Of a DNA stretch of 63,873 nucleotides, positions 49,101-61,570 are shown in pieces (positions within the stretch are counted from its first letter, which is position 1; every line of letters begins with the position of its first letter). Position numbers and translations under genes: made by a program. A model generated the notes under the pieces. That model saw only the letters and a program-made list of their open reading frames with translations. It ran no database searches and was not told the origin of the DNA. Origin of the DNA: Gracilinanus agilis (taxonomy: Eukaryota); assembly GCF_016433145.1 (NCBI RefSeq), contig NC_058133.1, forward strand, positions 515,165,575-515,229,447, given 5' to 3'.

Positions 49101-50795
49101 TTTAATAACCAGGAAGTTGGACAAGTCTTCTGTAGGGTTTCCATTGCATCTCACATGAATATGCCCCCTCGTAGCAGCCCAGTGGTGAGACACAGAACAT
49201 AGGACCGTATGTCTAGAGCTGGGATGGACAAGAGATATCATCAAATCCAACAGCTTCGTTTTCCAAATGAGACAACTGAGGTATAAAGTGGTTGAGGGAC
49301 TTGTCCAAGGTCACAAAGGCAGCAGACAGCAGAGCCAGAATTTGAGCTCAGATCCGGGGATTCAAAGTCCAGGTGCTCTTTTCACTTTATCATGGTCCTT
49401 CCCGTGGTCTCTGGCAAACCTCTTATTCCTGGGGCAAAAATCAAACGTCCTTCCACATTCTGGTCAATCCTCATTATTTCAATGGAGCCTGGAAAGAGCT
49501 GCTTCTTGAGAAGACCCAGGTATTCCCTCCATGGGAAGAACATCACAGATACCACAGAGACAAGGGGGCCCAGAGGCAGTGCTGTACAGTAGAGAGAGCC
49601 CTGGGGCATCAGGGTTGGAATTTCTCCTTAGATACTTGCAGGCTGTGTGACCTTTGCCCAGTTGGTAAAACGGGGAGAGGAAGAGATGTGGTCCCACCTC
49701 TCTGGAGCATAATGAGGACTGAACTACCCATTCATAAATGAACACACACTTATTGAGCACCTGCTCTCTGCTAGGCACTGTGGACACAAAGGCAAGGATG
49801 GCACAGCTCCTATCATGGATTATCTAACATTCTATTGGATGAGACACATACATAAATACACACACAAAAAATGAAGCTCTAGTTCCCATTGCCAAGCCTT
49901 TGCCCTGGCTGTCCCTCTTGCCTGGAATGCTTTCCCCACTCATTTCTGCCTCTGGTTTTCGGGGCTCTCCTTAAATCCTGCCTTCTGCAGAGAATCATTC
50001 CCTGTCCCCAGCCAGTAGTGCCTTCCTCCCTGAGAAGACCTTCCATCTCCTCTTTGGGTCGTGTTATTTGCATGGTGTCTCTCCCATTGGCATGTGAGGC
50101 CCTTGAAATCAGAGCCTGGTTGGGTTTGTTTTTCTCTTCTGGGCTCCTTTTTGTCCACAAAGGAAGCACCTAAGAAATCCTGGTGGGCTACCTAAATTCA
50201 AGGTAATTGGGGGCGGGGAGGGAAATGGCAACTGAAGGGATAAGGGAAGGCTCAAATGCAAATAGATAACTTGGCTAAGTCTCCCTGGAGTAGAAGGAGG
50301 ACCCTGTCATTAGGGACTCACCTTCCCTTTTGAGTGCTGCCAATATCTCTGAAGTCAAGAGAATGGCCTCTGTGGGGAGCAGGATAAAGGGGAGGCTTTG
50401 CAGAGCACCTGGCCTAGGTTTTGTTGGTCCAGAGTCAAAAATCCCCATTGTTGCATGCCACCATCTCCACCCTCCAGCCCCCCACAGACAATCTACCCCA
50501 GGAATAAGCCATTATGAAGCTGAGCAGCAGATCTGGGCTAGACCTGCCCATCTCCAATTCCTCCTTTAAAAAGGGATTAAGACCTATAGCTGGAGAGCCA
50601 GGAGAGACTTCAGAGGCCATCTCTCATCTTACAGATAAGGAAAGTGAGGCCCAAGACCACACAGGTAGCAAACAACTCCATCTCTCCAACTCTAGGGTCA
50701 ACGAGCTTCCCATCATGGCAGTGGGCAGGAGGGCACAGCAACTGGCACCTCTTAAAAACAAGAGAGAGAGATTACACCAGGGACCTGGTCTATTG

Positions 50796-50844
50796 TTCAT
50801 TCATTCATTCATTCATTCATTCATTCATTCATTCATTCATTCAT
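50796..50844. repeat. (TTCA)n tetranucleotide microsatellite
   Basis: About 12 pure units. Confidence 0.95.
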
Positions 50845-50971
50845 CAATAATATGTAGACATAGTTATCTTGCTGAACTATTCTTTTTCTCTACTTGTGTT
50901 CTTTGTAATAAGGGATGGGAGGTGAAAAGAGGCAGACCGGGACATATAGGAGATGTAAAAATAAGAGAGAG

Positions 50972-51175
50972 GAGGCAGCTTGATGACTCAGTGGATAGAA
51001 CCATGTCTAGAGTCAGGAGGTCCTGGGTTCAAATCTGACCTCAGATACTTCCTAGCTATGTGATCCTGGGCAAGTCACTTCACCCCCATTGTCTAGCCCT
51101 TACCACACTCTTCTGCCTTGGAACCAATACACAGGATTGATTCCAAGATGGAAGGCAAATTGCTTTTTTAAAAAA
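50972..51175 (+). mobile_element. SINE1_Mdo-type SINE
   Basis: Full-length copy with ggaaccaatacacaggattgattccaagatggaagg tail. Confidence 0.88.
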
Positions 51176-51944
51176 GAGCGACAAAATTTATTTTCAAACT
51201 AATTCATGGGTGCGAAAGTTTCTTCATATGCAATTTTATCAACCTGCAATTGATTAATAAAAGGTCTTCATGAGCCTCTTCATTTCATTAGGCCATTTTA
51301 TGCTGAAATGTTCTTTTAAAAAATTAGTTCTGCAATCATGATCCAAGAGCTCCCTTGTTTGTTGGTTGGTTGATTGGTTTTTAGGGCTCCGAAGGTCAGG
51401 ATACAATTAATATTGTGATTTCCAGGGTAATAGATAGGGAACTCCCTACAGGGAAACTCCCTTTGGAGATAATGACTGATAGGACCCTCAAGTCTAACTT
51501 AGAGTCTTTGAGAGCCCCTTGAGGCGAGGCGCTGAGAGGTTGTGATTAGCCCAGGGTCTGTGGCAGGTCTAGACCTCCTGGGTCTAAAGCCAGTGTTCTG
51601 TCCACCAGAGGAGACTTCCACCCCCCAGAGCCCAGTTTCATGATTTACTGAGATACCATCTGCAAAGTGCAAACCAGTAAGGGCAACGTGTGAGCTTATT
51701 TCAGACTCGGTGATGCTCGCCAGGACAAGACGCCTTTTTTTTGTAGCTCCCGGAAGGCTACTTCCAAGAGATTCCCAATGAAAACCAGCCTGCGGAGCGG
51801 AGTGGCCTGTCTCAGATGCTGCAGGTCCTCAGCAAGTATCCGGTGATTTGACTGAGGAGGTTTCGGTTCCTCCATCGCATCTCCTGTGAGCTCACTCTCT
51901 GATGGGGACGGGGTGGGGGTGGCCCTGGCGTGAGGGACTCCGGC

Positions 51945-52055
51945 CACCTCTGCCGCTTACAGCCGCCGTGTGACATGGGGCGATGGTCTGAGCCTCGGTT
52001 TCCTTCTCCGGAGGGCTTCCGGAGTCTCAGAGCTCAGAAGTTCTGATCTTGTGAT
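51945..52055 (+). mobile_element. MIR/CORE-SINE fragment with many gained CpGs
   Basis: ctctgccgcttacagccgccgtgtgac..gagcctcggtttcc aligns to the CORE consensus. Confidence 0.65.
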
Positions 52056-53473
52056 CCCCATGTAGACCAGAGACTAATGGAAAGAGCCTCCAACCTGTGA
52101 GCCAGAGGCTTGGACTCTCACAGTGCTGTGTGACTGTGGGCAAGTCTGAGACTCCCCGAGACTCAACTTAATCATTTGTCAAATGGTGGAAAGAATACCT
52201 GCATTACCTCCACCACCGGGGAGTGGGGAGGAAAGAGCTCTGGGAGCCTTTGTAAGCCTGAGGGGGATGCAGAAGGAGAGTTATTTATGATTTCCGTCAA
52301 GGCCTGGGTCCTTGGGCCAAAGCTAATTTTCCCAACTGTGGGTGGCATCACCTTAATCTCAGGCTCATATGAAAACGAGCCAGAAACACCTCGGCTCGAT
52401 CCTTCTTTGCCAAAAAGCCCTCCTACCCAACAGGAGGGAGAGGCGGTGGCCCCACATGAGAGAAGAAGGCTCATGGGAATAAAGGGAGAGGAATGAACAA
52501 GGACAACAAGACACTCGACCTCTGTTATCCAGGAAACCGTCTGCTGGGGGGAGGGAGGGTGGGGAACGGAACCACCTCAGACAGCAACAAATCAGAACCA
52601 CCCAGACTGGGTAAATGAACTCCAAAGTCACAACTTTCAAAGCCAAAACACGAGAGAGCCAAGATCTCCTGCAAAAAGAAAGCCTGCTTGGCAACAGGCA
52701 AAATGAATTATCCCAAGTGAACTTGCCTCCATCTTCTCAAAGTCCACCATTGAAGCTGACCTTTCCTATTGTCTTGGGAAGAGAAAAAGGAAAAAGAGAT
52801 AGGAAGGGGGAAAAGAGAACGAATGACCGAGAGGAAGCGAGAGGAAGCAAGAGGAATAAGGAGATGGAAAGAGAGACGGGAAGAGATACAGTCCCGTGGC
52901 TAGAAGTATCTGTGGCCAGATTTGAACTTGGGGTTTCCTGCCTCCAGGTTTGGCTCTCTAACTGCTTTGCCACCTATAAAGCATAATATTAACATACATG
53001 ATCAAGCTGCAATTCTCTGCTGGTGCCACATTGCCACGCAGATATGATCCTGGGCTCCCAAAGGCTGGCCAGTGGGACACACACACTGGCTGGTCCTACC
53101 AAGTCTCCTTGGGAAGAAAGTCGGGGCATGGTCAAGCAGACTTACATGGAGGAAGGTTCAACCTTGGCCAAATGGCACCATAGGTGGAAGTGTTGGGGTG
53201 GGCAACACATTCCTGTTGAAGAGAACACAGTGGGGAGGTTTGGGCCAACGGCGTCCAACAATTTGGGAAAGATTTCCTCTGGGATGATGGGAAGGAAGGA
53301 GGTAAATACTATAGGCATCCGCTCTCTTTTGGCTCCCGGGGTCAGAGCCTTGGTTGCTTTGCCCTTGGTACAGCTGCCTGGGTGACTTTGTTATTTCCCA
53401 AAGCCAAAGCACATTCCGATTCCTGGTCCCACCTCTCAAGCCCTGCTTAAGTTCCTTTAGAAGAATGATATTG

Positions 53474-53591
53474 GCCTCAGCCACTTCCCAGCTGGGTGAC
53501 CCTGGGCAAGTCCCTTGACCCCCATGGCCCACCCTTACCGCTCTTCCACCAAGGAGCCAATACACGGAAGTTAAGGGTTTAAAAAAAAAAA
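53474..53591 (+). mobile_element. 5'-truncated young SINE1_Mdo-type SINE
   Basis: Perfect 13-bp TSD aagaatgatattg (53461-53473 / 53592-53604) and an intact A tail. Confidence 0.92.
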
Positions 53592-55584
53592 AAGAATGAT
53601 ATTGTAGGAAGATGATTGACGCTGGAGTCTAAAGTACGTGGGCTCCAAGCTCTCTGGTCCCTAGTACCTGTGGGACAAGTTACATGATCTCTCTGGTCTC
53701 CCCTGTAAAACGATGGGCTTGAGCCAGCTACGGTCCCTCACACCTCGGGGTGCAGAGCTTATTTTGACTCTTCCTGCAATGACGCATTTCCTTCCCTTCT
53801 TCACTCCCAATTGCCTCCAAACTCAGAGGTGAAAGATCCAGCTGATGCCAGAGGCTAGAAGACAGAGAGCACTTTCTGTTGGTACCAAGCGTAACTGGGG
53901 GGGGGGGGGGTCACGCTCCCCCAGATTTGGCTGTGACTCAAAAGGCACTCAGCCCAGCCCAGAGGGTGATGTCGTTTCTACAGAAAACTGAAGTCAGGCC
54001 TGAGCTGGCTTGGATCTTAGCCGGAGGTCAAATGTCTCCATGATTCTGACCACAGTTTCAGATTTCTTTGTGCAAATCCTACACACCTATTCTGGACCAG
54101 AGCCTGCCAAGATCCCCAGGAGACCCATTTGAAACACGTGCAGAATTATGTCTGTGAGCTTTCTGGAGACCCGAGACTCTGTTGAGTGAAATCATTACTT
54201 GGAGGCCCTTGGATACGAAGAAGTTGGGTTGGGGGTGGGGAGGGCTAATTTCTAGTTTTCTGGGGCTTTCCTATGACGGGTTTGATAGGAAGGGAAGATG
54301 ACGCCTTCCAAGAGTGCCTCAACTCTCCTAAACCCCCCTCATTTGTCCAGAATATGTTCTTTCTGTGTTTGTTCAGGTTCGACTACGGGCTTCAAAAGGT
54401 CACTCAGGGAGAACCCACGGGGGCTCAGGCCAGAATCAATACTAGAAATCTGATGGAATGAAGCCAGCCTCTGTAAATGAGATAGAAATGACCACTGGAT
54501 CCCAGTGGAAGCTGACCATTCTCCTCCCCAAAAGGGAACTCACCAGATGTCTCTTTATTATGGTACACAATAACAGCCTTCACATGACATCCATCCATCA
54601 GGAGGCCTGGCACAACCCCACAAAAAGTCAGTGACACGTTTCTCCAGCAGGGCTATGTTCTCACAACTTTTATGTGTTTTAATACTTGACAAATCGCTGT
54701 GTGACTCCATCTTTGTCCTCGCTCCCAGTGGTGCCAAGCCCAGCATCTCTATTCAGGGGCACGCCGATGGGGGCCCGCCACTTATGGTTTGCTCTGTGTC
54801 TTAGCCCTCCCTTGCTTTGTTTCCTTCTTGACAGACATTTGTATTTGCTATAATAAATTATACATTCCCCTGTTTTATATCTTTTTAAATAGTCTTTCTC
54901 CCAACTATCTCACCAGAGAAGGGACTTTCCTTGAACTGAAAAGAAAAAAAGGGGATGGGAATGTGATCCTCATCTTGGTCGAGTTTATTGTCTCATTTCC
55001 CTTTCAGATATTTTTCCTTGTTTCGCTGCACCAGGCACATGGGAACACATTGTCCTTTCTGCCCTTTGACAGGAAAAGGAACTTTTGAGTTTATCACTTT
55101 TTTTTAGTTGAGTGAGGGAAAAGGCAATGTATCCCATGATGTGGTGGGAATAACACCACCGAGCCTTGGTCAGAAAAGTTCAAATCCCACCTCCAACACT
55201 CACGGGCTGTTTGACGTCGGGCAAGTTGCTTACCTTATCTGAACCCCAGGTTCTTCGTGAATCAAATGAGAGTCATACTCCTGAGGCTGTGTGGGATGTT
55301 CCGGGAGAACCAGCAACTCTAGCCTGAGGACTTTCCAGGCCCTGTTCAGGGCTGCTTAACTTACCTACCTCTGGCGTGTCCACCTTTGTCTTAACTCTTG
55401 CCTGTGGCTCCAAGAAGCTCGAGCATGCCATGGGAAAACTATTTTGGCGGAGGGGCCCAACCAGGTTGAGGGTAACCATGAGGCCCTGAACTCCTCAGTG
55501 AGTTAGGGAATGTCTACCCCTAGCCTGTGAAGACTTCTCCCTCTGGAAATGGGCAGATGAAAACAATCCATTCCGATCGTCGTC

Positions 55585-55840
55585 AAAGGCAGCTGTGGAG
55601 GGTTTAGAGCTTGGCCAGACATCGGAGACACGAAGGTCATCGATGACAGCAGGGGCCGATGCCAGTCATCCTGACTTAATGTCAGACTTTCCAGTCTTGC
55701 CACTGAACTTGGATGACTCTGGAAGAGAGAATTCGGCTGGCGACTTTGAGCCCCTTTGCCTCACTTAAATCCAATTCCTGCACAAGTCAAGACCACCTGG
55801 TGATGTCATTGGTCTTCTTCAAAATAAAGAATTAACAATG
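55585..55840 (+). mobile_element. Marsupial RTE-related SINE / RTE 3' end (family label uncertain)
   Basis: gtcttgccactgaacttggatgactctggaagagag..cctcacttaaatccaattc..gatgtcattggtcttcttcaaaa. Related ends occur at ~1960-1990 and ~48130-48170. Confidence 0.7.
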
Positions 55841-56258
55841 AAAACTACTGGAAGTTAGCCTATAAGCAAGCCTACAGGAAGCAGAAAGATTATTGGATAC
55901 CAAGCCGGGGGACCTAAGTCGTACCCTCTGTGACTCATCTGCTCCAAGACCTCACAAACCTCTGTGCCTTGGTTTCTTCATCTGTAAAATAAGTGACTGG
56001 ACTAGAATACCTTTAGGTCCTCATAAAAAAAAGATGATGCTATGATCATATATTTTAGGTTTGCTTTGCAGCCCCCAAAAGCATTATATAAACAATAATT
56101 ATGGTTAGCATTATGATTATCACTATTATTCTATTCTTATTGGTTCCATGATGACCAATATAATGGAGATCGAGCCCGTCTTGGAATTAGGAATCCTGCT
56201 CTTGTTACATCCTGATTATATCACCAGTGGCAGGCTGGTTCATCTCAGTGCTTTAGAG

Positions 56259-56461
56259 CAGTAATGGGCAAACTTTTTAAAGAGGGGCCAAAGGAAAGGA
56301 AATGCTCATCTGTCAGTCTGTTTCTAAGGCAACTCTTTCAAAATTTCATTGTATTGTGTTCTAGTCATTGTATTCGTCAGATTAGGAATAATGTCCAGTG
56401 GCCGGATAAAACATTTCAGGGGGCCGCCTCTGGCCCACCAGCTGTAGTTTGCCCATCACTG
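56259..56461 (+). mobile_element. hAT-Charlie MITE (203 bp), OposCharlie1/OC1-like
   Basis: TIRs cagtaatgggcaaact / agtttgcccatcactg. The 8-bp TSD is ctttagag / ctctagag (hAT-typical NTCTAGAN). Confidence 0.92.
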
Positions 56462-57109
56462 CTCTAGAGAGTTCTGTAAAACTATTTCAGTGAAAGCCAA
56501 GACACCAGCCTCCATTAATAGAGGGAGTTTCCTGGTCTGGGTTGGTTCCCTTCCCATTGAATCACAGGTTGAAAGGCCACCTTTTCCCCTCCAATGAACA
56601 AGACAAGGCAAAACAAAAAGACCGTCATGTATTTGTAAAAAAAAGGAGATGACCTCAATGAGAATTCAATGTGTTGCTTCCAAATGGATGGTGACTTTCT
56701 GGAGTGTGCGGAAGTTTGCAAATGGCCATGCTGTAGCCAGGTTTAACCAGAACATTTCAGCACCCAATACAGGGTAGGTGCTGAATAAAGCATTCTCGAA
56801 TCCAAACCCAAGTTGAGAGCTTAAACCCCACCAACCACACTAGGAGCTGTATTTCATTTTGCTAGCGTAACGAGTGCATGTCAGCATTAGGGTTCCATGA
56901 TGATGACTATAATGGATATTGACCCCACCATGATGAGCGACACCCACAGAAAATCTGTTACTATTCATGGAGTTGTGAAAAGGAAGGATTGGAAAGTCCT
57001 GCAGAGAGAGAGAGAGAGGCTACATTCAATAGAGAACCTTCTAAGGAATGGAACTTTGAGACTAGGAATGGAAAAGAAAGGACTTAAAATCCCCAAGTAA
57101 ATATGGAAG

Positions 57110-58510
57110 CTCGACTTTGCCTGCCTCGCTGTCCCTTTCTACTCCTTATCTCCTCCCTACCTACTAGAGATCTTCACCACGCAGATCGATGCTGCCTCAG
57201 ATTCTAGTTTCCCAGATCCTCAATTCATCTCTTCTCCATAACTTGCTCTTCCATCCCACCTAAGACTCCCTCAGAGAGAGGCAGAGCCTGGATCCCGACA
57301 TCACCAAGTATCCCACTCTCATGTTCATGAATTGAAAAATCCCTTTATGTGATTATAATCTCCTGTCATTCCACCTTTCCCTCTCCTTTACGAAGCCTAA
57401 GCCTGGTTTTCAACCTCAACATCACCTCCATGGCCTCTCTTCCCGGTTTCCACGAGCCTTCATCCTTACACTCACTTCACTTCCCTCCCTTCTCTGTCTA
57501 GCCACCTTGGTCGCCCAGTTCATCTCTACATTACCTTAAACGTTCTTATCCTTTGCCCTCCTTGCCTTATTCCTGATCAGGCAACCCTCCAGGGCTCCCC
57601 CATCTGTGTAATGGATCCTATTCATATTCTTCTGAATAAATTTGCAGAAGATCCCAAAGCTTTGCTGAGTATTTGGGCTTTCCCTGGTGCTACATGATCT
57701 TTGACACCGTCCTAATTGATTCGTTCTCGCCATCTCTCCTCAAGGTCTCCCCAGAGCCACTCAGCTGAGAACCCAGCTGCCTATTTCACCAAAAACATGA
57801 AGGCCAAAGTGCCCTCTGACCCGAAAAAGTACCTTCTCTCCCTGCCACCTGGACAAGTGATCTGCTTTCATCTCATCTGCTCCAGGATGTTGGCCTCTTT
57901 ATCCTCCCCACTAGCCCTTATTTCCCCTCTTTCCCGGTCTCCTGGATGCTCCCCTGTTCCCTACCCACATATTCATATCTTCAGCTTTCTTTAACTAGGA
58001 AAAAACCTCACTTAATCCTAGCACAGGCTAGTTGTTGCCAATATCCCTTCTCCCCCTTCCAGTTAAACTCTTGAGAAAGCCGCCTCCTTTAGCACGACTT
58101 TTTGTCTTCCCTCAGTTTCTCACTCCTCAACCCCTCTGTCTGGGTTCTGCCATCATCATTCACCTGCAACTGCTCTCTCCAAAGTTAGCCGTGATCTAAT
58201 TCCTAAGTCCACTGGGCTCTTCCTACTTCTCATTCTTCTGGACTTCTCTGAAGCCTTGGATGCTGCTAATGACTCTTTTCTTATAGTCTCCTCTCTCAGA
58301 TCTTCATTATCATGGCTAGTCCCCATTCCTCTCCTACTTCTCTGGCTGCTCCTTCTCAGTCTCCTTTGCTCGATCTCCATCCATATCACACCCTTTAACT
58401 ATGGGGGTCCCCTTTTTCCTCTCAAATAAACCTTCTGCTGGGCTTTTAAAGCCTTTCACCACCTGCCCACTTCCGACCTCTCTGATCTTCTTACACCTCC
58501 TCTCCATCAT
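57110..58510 (+). mobile_element. L2 LINE ORF2 relic (~1.4 kb, including the RT N-terminal region)
   Basis: From 58151, HHHSPATALSKVSRDLIPKSTGLFLLLILLDFSEALDAAND resembles L2 RT HSTETALLKVTNDL..LILLDLSAAFDTVDH. Confidence 0.88.
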
Positions 58511-59329
58511 GAACGCTTGGGAGCTGACTGACGTAACTGAGAAGTAAAGTCGTATTGGAACCCACGTCTTTCTGACTTTATGTTTAGCCCTCCTGGGAAC
58601 AAAGAGAAGGAAGGGATCTCTGATACCACCTAGTCCTACCTCATAGTTTTACAAACAATGACACTGAGGGTCCACCTATCGTGTTAGTCAATGTCAGAGG
58701 AAAGGTTTGAACCCAGATCCTCTGTCTCCAGAGCCAGCCCTCTTTCTGCTCTACCGAACTGCCCTACCTCATAATTTACATCATTCTATCCACTGTGCTG
58801 GGTTGTGTCTTGTTTAGGGAATGCCCAATGAGGAAATTCTCTCTACCAAAGTCAGTTTCCATTTGCTCTCCGCTGCTTAGTCTTAGAGAGTTCTATAAGG
58901 GTTAAGTGACTTGCCCAAAGTCACACCACCAGTTTGTGTCAGAGATGGGACATCACTTCTGGGCTGCACATCTACCCCACCACGCCTTACTATTAACTAG
59001 TTAGTTATATGATCTAAGGCCTTTCGACAAACTCTTTGAGCCTCAGTTTCCCCTCTAGCATTAGGAAAAGATCAGTTGATATACTATGCTATGGTCCCTT
59101 CCAGCTGGATGATTACCTTTTTCAACCTGTCGCCCATTTCTTTTTTTTTTTTCTCTCTTTCTCTCTGCTTTAAAAATCAGATGTGGCAACCTAAATGTGG
59201 CAGGTTAATTACCTTCTCCCATTCCCTCTCTTCCTTTTCCTCAAAGATGGCAAGTAGATTGTGATTTATCTCTCCTCTCATTGTCATGTTTTTGCCGTTG
59301 CTATTCCCTCCATCATGCATCATCAAGCT

Positions 59330-59620
59330 GGTGATCAGTGGCATCTCTTCGCCGACTTGGGTAATTTTTCGGGGGTTGCTTTATGTGCCTTCCCTTCAGG
59401 CTTCATGACTGTCTCCCGTCCTGTGATGAGATTCTCTCTAGCAGAGTCAAGGCCTGGGGCTCCCGTGACAGCTGACATATCACACGTGAGCAGCCGGGAG
59501 ATCCGTTGTAAATGGGAAATCGTGATTAATTGTTGGAAGACGAGGCAGCCTTGAGAACTCAAGGTGAGGCCCTTGTCAGCTGGTCTTTATTAATTAACAC
59601 GGAAGACCACCTACATTCGT
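59330..59620. promoter_or_regulatory. Putative developmental enhancer (TALE/Hox/bHLH motif cluster)
   Basis: TGACAGCTGACA 59466-59477, CACGTG 59483-59488, TGATTAATTG 59523-59532, TGTCAGCTG 59574-59582 and TTATTAATTAAC 59587-59598. Non-repetitive and CpG-retaining. Confidence 0.45.
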
Positions 59621-60539
59621 TCTCAGTAAAAGCCTACAAGCAACCTGGATAAAGAGTTCAAAGGGGTTTCTTTCGATTTCTTGGAGAATCATTAGTGATT
59701 GTTCCCCGGATGATGGGCCAAATCTGAGCCTGCAGCCATTCTAAGGAACAACTCGGATGTTCCCTCAGTTCCTTGCAGCTGAAAAGCCTTCTTTTCCCAA
59801 GGAGGATGCACTCAACGCCATGTGGTTCACTTCAACAGTTTCAGCACCCATATATTAGAAGGCTGCTCTGCTAGCAAACGATGGGAACAGTCAAGGTCGG
59901 ATCGGTTGTGGAAAGATGGGGGCGGGGGTGGGGGGGGGGTCTCCGGGGCTGCTGCTGGTTCTGTGACTCGCTCTGGCCATTTTGGCAAAGAATTGGAAAT
60001 TGTTCAAGGAAAAGGAATACCCCGTCCATGCCCTCGGAGCCAAAAAGCCATGGGCCAGAAGAGACTTGCTAGCCAGGAGCGTTGGCTTCCTTCCTGGCTG
60101 GTCCTCAAACGAGACCCTCCATCTCTTGATTCCCTGCATTTTCACAGGCTCTTCCCCATGCCTAGAATCTTCTTCCTCCTCATCTCTGCCCGCTGGCTTC
60201 CCTCAAGTCCCATCTAATGTTCTACATTTGGAAAAGTCTCCCTCGGTTCGCCTCGTCTCTTCCCTCAGACAGTTTCTCAATTGATCTCATCTATAACTTG
60301 TTCGCACACATTGTTTTCATGATAGACTGAGCTGCTGGAGAGCAGGAACTGCTTCTGCCCCCCTCTGTATACCCAGGATGAGCGCAGTGCCTGGAGTTTA
60401 ATGAATGGGGCTCGCTGCTGATCCCGTCCCATCTTCCCAACTGCGTCCCAGCCAAACTCTCCCCTTTGCTGCTCCTTTCACATAACTTTCCAAGGTCCAC
60501 CACCTTTGGGAAGGCTTTTGTGATTCCTCCTCCACCAGG

Positions 60540-60541
<2 letters not shown>

Positions 60542-60575
<34 letters not shown>
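60542..60575. repeat. (CA)n microsatellite within an L2 tail
   Basis: Pure CA run. Confidence 0.95.
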
Positions 60576-60578
<3 letters not shown>

Positions 60579-60939
60579 TCCTTTGTATCTCCTTGTTTAT
60601 GTTGTACATTTACTTACGTGTACATTGTTTCTCCTGATAGAACATGAGTTCTTAAAGAGTTGGGGGTCTCCTCTTGTCGCCTTTGTGTCTCTCACACCTA
60701 CTGCAGTGAGTGACACACAATAAATGTCTATTAAAGCTGGGTGGTTCAGTGGCTAGAGGGTGTCTTTGCCCAGAAAACCCCAAATGGAGTCACCAAGACT
60801 CAGACCCAACTGCAAATGACTAAACAACAAAAACAAATGTTTGCTGATTGATCAACGACGAACCTAGAGAGGCAGAGAACTAAGGGGGTCTGGAGTCCCT
60901 GAAGCCAAGGAACAACACAATCCAGATGAAGAGGCTGTT

Positions 60940-61140
60940 TGGTGCTGTCAAACGCTGCAGAGAAAAAACAGGACCAAGCGTGGGGCGGAGGCGACATCGA
61001 AAGTGTCAGTAAGGAGGCCACCTACAAGCAATTTCAGTTGAGTGATGAGATCAGAAAGAAGGGGCTGAGATAAGAGGATGATGAAAGGTAGGTTTGGGGT
61101 TTTCACAACATTTGTTAGAAATTTAGTAATGAATAGAGGA
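60940..61140 (-). mobile_element. L2 RT fragment
   Basis: Minus-strand frames contain FFSAAFDST and SDLITQLKLL, which are L2 RT-like. Confidence 0.7.
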
Positions 61141-61317
61141 GGGAAATGGCATGAGAGTAAGATGGTAGAAGGGCCAAGAAGAGTCTTTTTGAATATTGGG
61201 GATGCCCAAGCATAGGGGAATGTAGCGTGGTGGAAAAGCTCCACATTTGGAGTTAGGAAGACCTGGACTCGGATCCTACCTCCGAGATATTCTGGTCTTT
61301 TACTCTGAGATGAAATT

Positions 61318-61570
61318 TTGTTAAGTTGTTTCAGTCACGTCCAACTCTTCTTGACTCCATCTGAGAGTTTTCTTGGCAAAGATACCAGAGTGGTTTGTCA
61401 GTTCCTTCCCCAGATCATCTTACAGATGAGGAAACTGAGGCAAAAAGTATTAAGTGACTTGCCCAGAGTCACATAAGATAGACAGCATCTAAGGCTGGAT
61501 TTGAACACAGGAAGATGAGTCTTCCTGGCTCCAGGCCCAGCATTCTATCCACTGTGCCATTTAGCATCCC
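61318..61570 (-). mobile_element. Mar1-type CORE-SINE, full length
   Basis: Reversed tail, CORE and head are all present. Confidence 0.88.

Noticed and set aside
51696-51947. Protein-looking 83-aa minus-strand ORF (MEEPKPPQSNHRILAEDL...)
   Set aside because: It is not recognised, lies in a CpG-gaining patch next to a MIR, and open frames of this size are common at this GC content.
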